64,000 nt of DNA, from NCBI GenBank assembly GCA_963718525.1, contig OY970355.1, forward strand, positions 2,272,001 to 2,336,000, in the 5' to 3' direction. The translations under genes and the position numbers were made by a program. This document shows positions 38,307 through 47,429 of this stretch, piece after piece (the stretch's first letter is position 1; every line of letters begins with the position of its first letter). The notes beneath the pieces are model-generated. The model was not told where the DNA came from. It did no database searches and saw only the letters and a program-made list of their open reading frames with translations. This DNA is from Candidatus Dormiibacterota bacterium (GTDB lineage Bacteria; Chloroflexota; Dormibacteria; Aeolococcales; Aeolococcaceae).

Positions 38307-40118
38307 ATGGGCCCCGTTCATGACCGAACATTGATCGAGCTGTTTCAACACCAGGTCGCGTTCCGCGCCGAGGAACCCGCGATGTTCCGGCGCATCAACG
38401 GTCAGTGGGTTCCGATGACGTGGGCGGAGTACGCCGCGCAGGCACGGGCGTTCGCCGCCTACCTGGTGAGTTCCGGTCTTGGCGCGGGAGGCCATCTTGC
38501 CATCTGGTCCTTCAACCGACCGGAGTTTGTTGTCGCGAGCACCGCCACGATGCTCGCAGGCGCGAGCTCGGCGCCGTTGTATCAGACCTTGAGTGCCGAT
38601 GAGGCCGCTTACGTACTCAATCACTCAGAGGCGTCCATCGCCGTCGTGGAGAGCCAAGACCTTCTCGCAAAGCTGCGCGAGCTGCGGAACCGGTTGCCCG
38701 CCCTAAAGGGAGTCGTCCTCCTCGAAGGGACCGTGAACGCCGACGATGCGGACTTCGTCATATCGTGGAGCGACGCACTCCATCGCGGCGCGGAAGTCCT
38801 GTCGGACGTTGCCCATGAGCTCGACGCACGACGCGAGGCGATTCGGTCCTCCGACGTTGCCACGCTTGTATATACGAGCGGCACCACCGGGCCTCCCAAG
38901 GCAGTCATGGCGACGCACGGTAACTTGATCGCGGCCATAGACGCGATCGGACCGATTGTCATGCTGTCGCCACGCGATCGTGTGCTGAGCTACCTGCCCC
39001 TTGCTCACATACTTGAGCGGCTCAACAGTGAGGTGCGCCTCTACTACGTGGGGAGCCCGCTGTGGTTCGCATCCTCTCTCGCGGCCATGCCGGGTGAGGT
39101 CCACGAGCTGCGACCGACATGCTTCGTCGGTGTGCCGCGCGTGTGGGAGAAGATGGCTGTGACCATCAACGCCACGATCGATGCCATGCCCTCGTTGCGC
39201 CGTCGCTTGGTTCGGTGGGCGATCGGAGTCGGCGAGGACGGTGTCGACCGGAGTCAACGCGGCGAGTCATCGACTCTCGCTGAGCGCTTTCGCCACGTGA
39301 TTGCCGATCATCTTGTGCTGCACCGGATACGCGTGGAAACGGGACTCGACCGAGCGCACACTCTGATCACGGGTGCTGCGCCGATCTCCACACAGGTGTT
39401 GCGCTTCTTTCACAGCCTCGGCCTGGAGATCCGCGAAGGGTACGGGATGAGTGAGAACATGACCGTCACCGCGGTTAATCGACCTGGCGCAACGCGGCTT
39501 GGGACGGTGGGGAAAGCGGTACCCGGAATCGATGTCCGCATCGCAGAAGACGGGGAGATCCTGATGCGAGGCGACGTGGTATTCGCCGGATATTTCAAGG
39601 ATCCGCAGGCTACGGCGGAGACGGTGATCGAAGGCTGGCTGCACACCGGAGACATCGGAGAGCTGGATGTCGATGGGTATCTGCGCATCACGGATCGCAA
39701 GAAGGATCTGATCATCACCGCAGGCGGGAAGAACATATCCCCGAACAACATTGAGAGTGCACTTCGGAGCAGCCTCATTGCGAACCCCGTGGTGATCGGC
39801 GACCGCCGGCCGTATCTCACTGCTCTGCTGGCGCTCGACCTGAAAGTGCTCGAGCGTTTTGCTGCTGAGCACGGCCTTGGCACAGAGACTCCAGATCTGC
39901 TGAACCATCCCGTCGTGCACGATGCGGTGCAGAGTTCGGTGGACGCGGTCAATCGGCGCCTCGCCAAGGTGGAGCAGGTGCGTCGCTGGGCGCTGCTCCC
40001 CCGCGAGTTCAGCGTCGGCGTCGAGCTGACTCCCACATTCAAGATTCGCCGCAAGGTCGTCGCCGAGCGCTATGCCGATCAGATCGATCAGCTCTATGCC
40101 TCGAGTCCTTCGCGATAG
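38307..40118 (+). CDS. fadD: Long-chain fatty acid-CoA ligase (AMP-binding)
   Basis: YTSGTTGPPK, EGYGMSE, WLHTGDIG, DRKKDLIITAGGKN. Confidence 0.92.
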   Translation: MGPVHDRTLIELFQHQVAFRAEEPAMFRRINGQWVPMTWAEYAAQARAFAAYLVSSGLGAGGHLAIWSFNRPEFVVASTATMLAGASSAPLYQTLSADEAAYVLNHSEASIAVVESQDLLAKLRELRNRLPALKGVVLLEGTVNADDADFVISWSDALHRGAEVLSDVAHELDARREAIRSSDVATLVYTSGTTGPPKAVMATHGNLIAAIDAIGPIVMLSPRDRVLSYLPLAHILERLNSEVRLYYVGSPLWFASSLAAMPGEVHELRPTCFVGVPRVWEKMAVTINATIDAMPSLRRRLVRWAIGVGEDGVDRSQRGESSTLAERFRHVIADHLVLHRIRVETGLDRAHTLITGAAPISTQVLRFFHSLGLEIREGYGMSENMTVTAVNRPGATRLGTVGKAVPGIDVRIAEDGEILMRGDVVFAGYFKDPQATAETVIEGWLHTGDIGELDVDGYLRITDRKKDLIITAGGKNISPNNIESALRSSLIANPVVIGDRRPYLTALLALDLKVLERFAAEHGLGTETPDLLNHPVVHDAVQSSVDAVNRRLAKVEQVRRWALLPREFSVGVELTPTFKIRRKVVAERYADQIDQLYASSPSR

Positions 40119-40186
40119 TCGCCTGCTCACGACTGCCGTATGACGTTGACGAGTACTCAACTTGGGATCGGGTGTCGCCTCCTGCC

Positions 40187-40206
40187 TTGATGACCAATGG
40201 CCCTTG
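40187..40206. promoter_or_regulatory. DosR/DevR-like (NarL-family) binding box
   Basis: TTGATGACCAATGGCCCTTG; 18/20 identical to 44257-44276. Confidence 0.55.
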
Positions 40207-40293
40207 CGGTTGGATGGGTGGGGGGGAACGATCAACCCAAACAGCAGCAGGCCCCGGCCGGGGACCAGAGAGTGACAAGAGGAGGTACGGCCA

Positions 40294-40815
40294 ATGATTG
40301 CGATCGTTGCGTATGAGACCCTATTCGGGAATACCAGGCGCATCGCGGAGGCGGTCGCCGACGGAATGCGTCCGCACTGCCAGGTTACCGTCATGCCGGT
40401 TGCCGCTTGCGTTCGCGAGTCCCTGGCCGCAGCGGACCTTCTTGTGGTTGGTGGACCGACACATACGCACGGGATGGCGCGTCCTGGCACGCGCAAAATG
40501 GCGGGCGTCGCCGCAGAGATAGCGAGCGCACCCGGTGCGCGCGAGTTCCTCAGCACGCTGGCACGCGCTGAAGGGAAGTACGCGGCCGCGTTCGACACCC
40601 GGCTGAACGGAGTGCGTCCGTTCACCGGGGCTGCGTCGCGACCCATCGCCAGGCGGCTGCGCCGCGCCGGCTATACCCTGCTGCACCCGTCAGCGAGCTT
40701 CGTCGTCAAGAGCGCCAAAGGGCCGCTGTTGGATGGCGAGATCGAGCGGGCGACAGCATGGGGCGAGTTTCTGGCCCAACAGGCCGGTGCGAGCATCTCG
40801 CGGATGGCCGCGTAA
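40294..40815 (+). CDS. Flavodoxin-domain protein
   Basis: YETLFGNTRRIA, VGGPTH, AAAFDTR. Confidence 0.88.
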   Translation: MIAIVAYETLFGNTRRIAEAVADGMRPHCQVTVMPVAACVRESLAAADLLVVGGPTHTHGMARPGTRKMAGVAAEIASAPGAREFLSTLARAEGKYAAAFDTRLNGVRPFTGAASRPIARRLRRAGYTLLHPSASFVVKSAKGPLLDGEIERATAWGEFLAQQAGASISRMAA

Positions 40816-41188
40816 GCGTGCGGAGGAGGAGGAGGAGGCATGCAAGCGCTAGATGCGAACACAGTAATCTGCGCGAGTACAAGCTCATCCCGGCGAATGC
40901 AAGCCACCGGCCCGCAACGGAAGGAAATCTGCTGACCCACACAGCCGGGATACCGCAGATAGCACTCGGTTACTGCGGTGCTACCTCATCGGCCTGTTTC
41001 GCGATCTAGCCGGGATGGCTGGAAAGCGGCAGATCGGGAACGCGTTACGGCATGGGCCTCGGAGGCTTGGATGAGTACAACGACGCTCGTTCGCAGCGCT
41101 CAAGCGGTGTCTCGCTGATGATGTCGCTGCATTGCCGTAACAATGTCGCGGCTGGCGCAGTATCCCGCTACTAAGGTCGGCGCCCATG

Positions 41189-42196
41189 TCAGAGCTTCCC
41201 GGCAATCAGCTGGACCACGTCGATGACGCGGCATGAGTAGCCCCACTCGTTGTCGTACCAGGACAAGAGCTTTGCGGTGTGCTCGCCGATCATCATCGTG
41301 CTGAGCGCATCCAAGATCGACGAGTGGCTGTTCTTCAGGTAATCCGAGGACACGAGCGGCTCGTCGCTGACGTCGAGAATTCCCTTGAGCCAGGTGTTTG
41401 CGGCTTCGCGCATCGAGGCGTTGATCGTCTCAACCGTGGCTGGAGTTGACAGAGTCAAGGTCAGATCAACGAGGCTGACATTCGGCACTGGCACGCGAAG
41501 TGCCAAGCCGTGGAACTTGCCCTTGAGTTCCGGCATGACCAGCGCCACCGCCTTGGCAGCACCGGTCGTGGTGGGGATGATCGACAACGCCGCCGCCCGC
41601 GCCCGGCGGAGGTCCTTGTGCGGTGCGTCGAGGATGACCTGATCACCCGTGTAGGCGTGCACGGTGGTCATGAAGCCGGCCTCGATGCCGAATGTGTCCG
41701 ACATCACCTTGGCCACCGGAGCGAGGCAGTTCGTGGTACACGAGGCATTGGAGACGACGTGATGTCGCAAGGGGTCATATGAGTCGTGGTTCACGCCCAT
41801 GCAGATGGTGATGTCCTCATTCTTGGCCGGGGCGGTGATGACCACCTTCCGCGCACCGGCGTCGATATGAGCTCGAGCCTTATCCGCATCGGTGAAGTGG
41901 CCGGTCAACTCGACGACGATATCGACGCCAAGATCACCCCAAGGGAGATTCTTCGGCTCGCGCTCGGCGAAGACTTTGACGGTCCGCCCGTCCAGGATGA
42001 TCGAATCGCTTCCAGGTGTCACGGTACCCGGGAAGCGGCCGAATACGCTGTCGTGAGTGAGCAGATGCGCAAGCGTCTCCGGGGTCGTTATGTCATTGAC
42101 CGCGATCACGTCGAAGTCGGTCCCGCGCTCGCGAGCCGCACGCACGATATCGCGTCCGATGCGTCCGAACCCGTTAATTCCGATCTTTACGGTCAT
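41189..42196 (-). CDS. gap: Type I glyceraldehyde-3-phosphate dehydrogenase
   Basis: GINGFGRIGR, NASCTTNCLAP, WYDNEWGYS. Confidence 0.98.
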   Translation of the reverse strand: MTVKIGINGFGRIGRDIVRAARERGTDFDVIAVNDITTPETLAHLLTHDSVFGRFPGTVTPGSDSIILDGRTVKVFAEREPKNLPWGDLGVDIVVELTGHFTDADKARAHIDAGARKVVITAPAKNEDITICMGVNHDSYDPLRHHVVSNASCTTNCLAPVAKVMSDTFGIEAGFMTTVHAYTGDQVILDAPHKDLRRARAAALSIIPTTTGAAKAVALVMPELKGKFHGLALRVPVPNVSLVDLTLTLSTPATVETINASMREAANTWLKGILDVSDEPLVSSDYLKNSHSSILDALSTMMIGEHTAKLLSWYDNEWGYSCRVIDVVQLIAGKL

Positions 42197-42332
42197 GCTG
42201 AGCTCCCGTGGGTTGGTTCCTCAGTCAACCGTAGGGATCGCGGGGTGGCGAAGCCAGAGCCCTTTGACCATTATTTCGAAGGGCGAAAGTCCGAGCACGG
42301 GGTTCACCGCGCATCAGCGCCTTGCGACTAGC

Positions 42333-43361
42333 TGTAGTGCCCATAGAGGTTGTTGACAAAGAGAGAGCCCCGCGGCTGAGTTTGGGTTGTTGAAATCCAC
42401 CCAGACGGAGGCTCTCCGGTGTCCCATCCTAAGGCGGTACTCACCCCAGTAGGCAGGCTGATTCTGGTTCAGCGAATTGCCCAAGGACGTCCCGCGGCGC
42501 ACGTCGCCGGCGAGATGGGCGTGTCCCGGGCGACGGCGTACAAGTGGTGGCATCGGTACGTCCGAGAGGGCGAGGCGGGTCTGCTCGATCGGAGCTCCCG
42601 GCCGCTGCGCAGCCCACGGCGGACATCGGCGCGGGTGGAGCGCCGGATCGAGGCTTTGCGACGCCGCACCAAGCTCGGTCCAGTCCGGATCGCCGTCCGC
42701 CTGCAGATGCCGGCCTCGACCGTCCATCGCGTGTTGGTGCGCCGGCAGTTGAATCGGCTGAGTTGGATGGATCGACCCACGGGACGCGTGATTCGTCGCT
42801 ACGAGCACGAACACCCGGGCGACCTGGTCCACGTCGATGTCAAGAAGCTGGGGCGGATCCCGCCCGGCGGTGGCTGGCGTGTGCACGGGCGCCTCGGACA
42901 TCCCTCCACCGGTGTCGGCTACGACTACATCCACTCCGCGGTGGACGATCACTCACGGCTTGCCTACTCGGAGATCTGCAGCGACGAAAAAGGTCCGACT
43001 GCCGCTGCATTCTGGGTTCGTGCCACGGGGTTCTTCGCGGCCCACGGCATCGCGGTGCAACGTGTGCTCACCGACAACGCCTTCGCCTACCGGAACTCCG
43101 TCATCTTCCGAGCCGCGGTGCTCCAAAGTGGCGCGGTGCAGCGCTTCACGCAGCCGCGCCGGCCTCAGACCAACGGCAAGGTCGAGCGCTTCAACCGGAC
43201 CTTGCTTGAAGAATGGGCATACGTTCGACCCTATGCCTCAAATCAGCGACGCGCCCAGGCCTTGACGACCTGGCTGCACATCTACAACCATCACCGTGCC
43301 CACACCAGTCTCGGTCAGCTCCCACCCATCTCACGCCTCAACAACGTGTCTGGGCATTACA
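42333..43361 (+). mobile_element. IS481-family insertion sequence, copy 2 (1029 bp)
   Basis: Same ends as copy 1; 6-bp target duplication ACTAGC at 42327-42332 and 43362-43367. Confidence 0.97.
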
Positions 43362-43366
43362 ACTAG
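42419..43366 (+). CDS. IS481-family DDE transposase
   Basis: Protein identical to copy 1 except HTSLG vs HTGLG. Confidence 0.97.
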   Translation: MSHPKAVLTPVGRLILVQRIAQGRPAAHVAGEMGVSRATAYKWWHRYVREGEAGLLDRSSRPLRSPRRTSARVERRIEALRRRTKLGPVRIAVRLQMPASTVHRVLVRRQLNRLSWMDRPTGRVIRRYEHEHPGDLVHVDVKKLGRIPPGGGWRVHGRLGHPSTGVGYDYIHSAVDDHSRLAYSEICSDEKGPTAAAFWVRATGFFAAHGIAVQRVLTDNAFAYRNSVIFRAAVLQSGAVQRFTQPRRPQTNGKVERFNRTLLEEWAYVRPYASNQRRAQALTTWLHIYNHHRAHTSLGQLPPISRLNNVSGHYN

Positions 43367-43418
43367 CGACGACGCGCGGCGCGGGCTTTGCGGTGGAGCT
43401 TGACCGTTGTGGACGGCA

Positions 43419-43438
43419 CTAGGGACCAAAGCCTCTAG
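43419..43438. promoter_or_regulatory. DosR/DevR-like palindromic box upstream of USP
   Basis: CTAGGGACCAAAGCCTCTAG resembles the GGGAC-n4-GTCCC core. Confidence 0.6.
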
Positions 43439-43488
43439 ACAGGCCGCTGGTCTGGTTATTAAGTGGGCCTCGACACAGCAATCCTCGG

Positions 43489-44076
43489 ATGGCCAAGGCG
43501 AACCTGATGAACACGCAGACGATCGTGGTGGGAGTGAATGGATCGGCGGCATCGGACGCCGCACTCGAATGGGCAATCAAGGAGGCAGCACCCCGCGGCG
43601 CCGAGATCATCGCGGTGCATGTGCTCAAGCCGCTCGGCGCTTACGGGGGCACGACTGTGAGGGACGTTCGTCTGCGCGAGTTCGACTACCTGGGCGACGA
43701 TATCCGGTCCAATGTCAAGAAGGAGTTGTTTGGACCTCTGACCAGGACGGATATCACGCATCGGATAGTCGTCGTTGAAGGGCATCCAGCATCACGGATC
43801 TTGCAGGTCGCCGACACCGAGGACGCAGACCTCATCGTGGTCGGCAACGGGCTGCACAGCACGATGGAGGATCTCTTCCTCGGGAGTGTCGCCCACGAGT
43901 TGAGCCACAAAGCTCGGCGTCCCTTCGCGTTGATTCCTTCCGCCATGCACCATGGAGCCATCGACGCCATTGGGCGAGATCGACGAACCGCCCCGGTGCC
44001 GAGGCAGACTGGGTCGCATCGAACCGGGGACCGTGTCGTCGAGGTCGCAGCGGTAGCTCCCGAGCTGATTCGGTAG
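43489..44076 (+). CDS. Universal stress protein with C-terminal extension
   Basis: IVVGVNGSAAS..ALEWA, EGHPA, DLIVVG, FLGSVAHEL. Confidence 0.92.
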   Translation: MAKANLMNTQTIVVGVNGSAASDAALEWAIKEAAPRGAEIIAVHVLKPLGAYGGTTVRDVRLREFDYLGDDIRSNVKKELFGPLTRTDITHRIVVVEGHPASRILQVADTEDADLIVVGNGLHSTMEDLFLGSVAHELSHKARRPFALIPSAMHHGAIDAIGRDRRTAPVPRQTGSHRTGDRVVEVAAVAPELIR

Positions 44077-44256
44077 CTTGGCGACGACGTTAGTCCAGCG
44101 AACTCAGCTCGCTAGGACTGCGCGTCCGTCTGTCTTCCGGCGGCTCCCAGTTGGGGGCGACGGCGGGGCCGGCCACCCGAGCGGCGACCCTTGCCGGAGA
44201 CGCAGTAACTCAGCCGCGATCCCATCGGCCCACGTTCCTACCGTACTGCCCTGTAC

Positions 44257-44276
44257 TTGATGACCATCGGCCCTTG
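44257..44276. promoter_or_regulatory. DosR/DevR-like binding box
   Basis: TTGATGACCATCGGCCCTTG; near-copy of 40187-40206. Confidence 0.55.
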
Positions 44277-44371
44277 CCCGGGTCGCCTCCATATGTTCTG
44301 CTGGAGAGAAGCAGCCGAATGTTGAGGAGGTTCGAACCGTGAACGTCACCACGATCCCTACCACAACTAGT

Positions 44372-44460
44372 CACGGCATGCGACGTCTCGTCCTCGGTAG
44401 CGTCTCGACGAAGATTCTCCATTCCGGGCATACGCCTGTGCTCGTCGTTCCGGCAGCCAG
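44372..44460 (+). pseudogene. USP C-terminal remnant
   Basis: HGMRRLVLGSVSTKILHSGHTPVLVVP with no N-terminal part. Confidence 0.7.
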
Positions 44461-44493
44461 AGACAACCGCGTCGCGCCCAAAACGGAATCGCA

Positions 44494-45108
44494 ATGACCA
44501 CCTCCCTCGACCCGACACGTCGCTTCCGAGTTGACGAGGTCATGACCCGGGATGTCACGACCGTCTCGACCTCAACGCCGATCAAGGAAGCGGTTCGGGT
44601 TATGAAGAGCAATCGCATCAGCGCCCTCCCGGTAATCGGCCTGGACGGTGCGCTAGTCGGGATCCTTTCGGAGAGCGACTTCATAAGCAAACGTGTTGAT
44701 GCCGAGGTGGTCGGAGAGCTCATGACGTCGCCCGTCGCAACAGTAGCTGCGGACGATATTGTCCCGACTGCAGCGCGCACGCTGCTCGCTCGAAACGTGA
44801 AGAGCCTCCCCGTCGTTGACGGCGCTGGGAGGGTTGTCGGCATCGTCAGCCGCGGCGACCTTTTGAAGGTATTCCTGCGGCGTGATGAGGACATCAGGAG
44901 CGACGTCCAGGCGAGCATCGCTCGCTCAGTCATGGGTGGCGTACGCGGGGTCATCGAGGTTGGCGTGATTGATGGAGTGGTCACCCTGACCGGCACCGTC
45001 GACACTGCCCGAGCAGCCGAGAGTGCGGTCACCGCGGCGGTCGCGGTGACTGGCGTGATCCACGTCCGCCGCGACGATCTGAGAATACGAACAGATTCGG
45101 TTCGTTGA
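44494..45108 (+). CDS. CBS-pair plus BON domain protein
   Basis: VMTRDV..ISALPVI..GILSESD; LPVVD..GIVSRGD; DGVVTLTG..GV BON motif. Confidence 0.88.
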   Translation: MTTSLDPTRRFRVDEVMTRDVTTVSTSTPIKEAVRVMKSNRISALPVIGLDGALVGILSESDFISKRVDAEVVGELMTSPVATVAADDIVPTAARTLLARNVKSLPVVDGAGRVVGIVSRGDLLKVFLRRDEDIRSDVQASIARSVMGGVRGVIEVGVIDGVVTLTGTVDTARAAESAVTAAVAVTGVIHVRRDDLRIRTDSVR

Positions 45109-45459
45109 TGGTCGCAAGTCACGTTCCCGGGGCTGCCTCGCGACATCGACAGTCTCGTGGGTGCGCCTCGGTCGACCGACTCCAACGTTGCGAGGACCCA
45201 ACCCCGATTCACATCACTATCGGGGATTTGGCCATGAATTACCCCGCCGTCGACGTTGGATGACTTGAGCCCGGAGCAACCTGGATCGGGATGGGATCGC
45301 CGACGGCGACTTGGCGGGGTTTGAAGCTGGCGGTGGATAGACATCTTGAGGCGGTTATCGCTAGCGCGTGAATAAAGAAGGAGCCCCGTGGGGGCCTCGT
45401 TACCATCTGTTGATCGCAGCCGAGCACCCGACCCGTCGGATCAGGGCGGGTTCCCCCGG

Positions 45460-46818
45460 GTGACGGATTCTCAGAGCGATGCTGCCCGAACCGTCGGCGT
45501 CACCGGCGCCACAGGCTTTGTCGGACGTGAGCTTGTCCCACGCCTCATGGAAGCCGGCTACATCGTCCGTCGCCTTGGCCGTCACCCCGAGACGTTCAAT
45601 AGTTTGGAGGGCGTCGAAGATCGGCGCTTCGACCTCGATGACGAACGACCGGACGCGGCAGCGCTCGTCGGGGTCGACACGATCTTCTACCTGGTCCATG
45701 CCATGGGCGGCGGCGGAGGGTTCGCCGCTCGCGACCGCGCGTACGCGGAGCGTTTTGTCGGTGCGGCGCGAACGGCTGGTGTCCGCCACGTGATCTATCT
45801 CGGCGGGCTGTATCCTAAGGGGACCGCACTGAGCGAGCATCTGGCCAGCCGCCGCGAGGTAGGAGACATCCTCCGGCGTGGGTGCGGTGCACTGCACGTG
45901 CGTGCGGGCATCATTATTGGCCCTGGGAGCGCGTCGTTCGAGATGATGTGTGATCTGGTCCGGCGCCTCCCCGTCATGGTGACGCCGCGCTGGGTCGGCA
46001 ACCGTTGCCAGGCGGTCGAACTCAGCGACGCCATCGCCGCGCTGGTAGGGGCGGTGGATGTAGCCGGCAATCGCGAAATCGATTTGGCTGGTCCTGACGT
46101 GCTGACATACCGCGAGATGCTCCAGCGAATGGCTCTTGCGTTGGGCGTGCGCCGCCGCCTGATCATCGGCGTCCCAGTGCTGACACCCCGGCTCTCGGCA
46201 CACTGGCTGCGCTTCGTGACCTCCGTGTCCCTTCCGGTCGCCCGGGCACTCGTGGAGAGCCTTCGTCATGACGCGCTCGCGGACGGTTCCGATCTCTTCA
46301 CCGAGGTCAGTCTGGTAGCGTGCGGCTTCGACGAAGCCGTGAGACGCGCACTCGCGAATCGTCCGCATATCGTTCACAGTGCACATACAGCGTTCTGGGA
46401 CGGTCGTCGTTACCATGTCACGCAGCGGTTTCAACTCAGCGAGGCGACGCGCCGTGACTCGCACCTCCTCGGCCGTATCGACGAGGAACTCCGCCGGCTG
46501 ACATCTCGGCTCGCACCAGGTGTGCTCCGCTGGCACGGCGACGAACTCCGCCTGGCCGGCTGGACACTATTCCGGCTCGGGCCTCCGGTGCACGACGCGG
46601 CGACATGGCAGCGCACGATCGAAGGTGGATGGCTCGTCGCCAATCCGGGCGGCGTGCTTCGCTTCTCGTGCCAGAACAGCCCCCTAGGACCAGTGATCGA
46701 AGCGAGTCTCTCCGGATACTCCCCCAGGCTCCCGCGTACCGCCTACGTCTTGGTCCAAGAGCGTTTGCATCGCATCTTGGTCACATCAGCTGTCCATCGT
46801 GCGCTGTTAACCTCGTAG
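45460..46818 (+). CDS. NAD(P)H-binding atypical SDR / epimerase (YbjT-like)
   Basis: VTGATGFVG, FYLVHAM, SEHLASRREV, RAGIIIGPGSASFE. Confidence 0.85.
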   Translation: MTDSQSDAARTVGVTGATGFVGRELVPRLMEAGYIVRRLGRHPETFNSLEGVEDRRFDLDDERPDAAALVGVDTIFYLVHAMGGGGGFAARDRAYAERFVGAARTAGVRHVIYLGGLYPKGTALSEHLASRREVGDILRRGCGALHVRAGIIIGPGSASFEMMCDLVRRLPVMVTPRWVGNRCQAVELSDAIAALVGAVDVAGNREIDLAGPDVLTYREMLQRMALALGVRRRLIIGVPVLTPRLSAHWLRFVTSVSLPVARALVESLRHDALADGSDLFTEVSLVACGFDEAVRRALANRPHIVHSAHTAFWDGRRYHVTQRFQLSEATRRDSHLLGRIDEELRRLTSRLAPGVLRWHGDELRLAGWTLFRLGPPVHDAATWQRTIEGGWLVANPGGVLRFSCQNSPLGPVIEASLSGYSPRLPRTAYVLVQERLHRILVTSAVHRALLTS

Positions 46819-46970
46819 GAGCGGCGACGTCGCATTGCGTTCGGCATCGTCCGTGAAGCCGCCCTACGCCCTCAAATTGCACTTGCCAAGCAGAAGGGCC
46901 GAGTTTTCGGTCGGCATCGACTCGGCGAAGAAATACCCTTGCGCGACCGAGACGACTTGGATGCGCGCCC

Positions 46971-47366
46971 TCAGCGGGGTGTGAACGAGTCGACATCGCG
47001 CCCGACCCGGATTGCGTCGAGGAGCTCGCGGATGTCACCCGACTTGGATATGTACGCGGACACGCCGGCGACAGTCATCGCCCTGCGAATTAGCGCCTTA
47101 TCGAACGCGGAGAAGGCGATCAGGCGGGCGCCAGGCGCCACGACAACCATCTCCTTGGCGGCCCTGAGACCGCCACCGTTGGGCATGTTGACGTCGAGGA
47201 CGACCACGTCCGGCTGGCGCTGACGCACCAGCAGCACGCCATCATCGACACTGGACGCAACGCCGATCACCTCGAGATCAACCTGCTGGTCGATGATCCG
47301 TACGAGAGCTGAGAGCACTTCCGCGCTGTCGTCCACGATGATCACACGTAGTCGCGTACCGTTCAC
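46971..47366 (-). CDS. Stand-alone receiver domain response regulator
   Basis: IVDD, PDVVVLDVNMP, AYISK; no output domain. Confidence 0.85.
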   Translation of the reverse strand: MNGTRLRVIIVDDSAEVLSALVRIIDQQVDLEVIGVASSVDDGVLLVRQRQPDVVVLDVNMPNGGGLRAAKEMVVVAPGARLIAFSAFDKALIRRAMTVAGVSAYISKSGDIRELLDAIRVGRDVDSFTPR

Positions 47367-47429
47367 TGCCGCTCACTCTGGACGCATGCGCTGCTGTATA
47401 CCGCCAGGGGCCGTCTCGTCACGGAAACG

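Noticed and set aside
39267-40646. Long antisense ORFs (also 20627..22066, 48304..49716, 1058..1990)
   Set aside because: Shadow frames of high-GC coding genes with no recognisable motifs
40822-40838. (GGA)5 run
   Set aside because: Short intergenic microsatellite with no credible ORF or structure attached
44340-44371. ACAACTAG resembling an IS481 right end before the USP remnant
   Set aside because: Match is too short and no transposase remnant was recognised upstream
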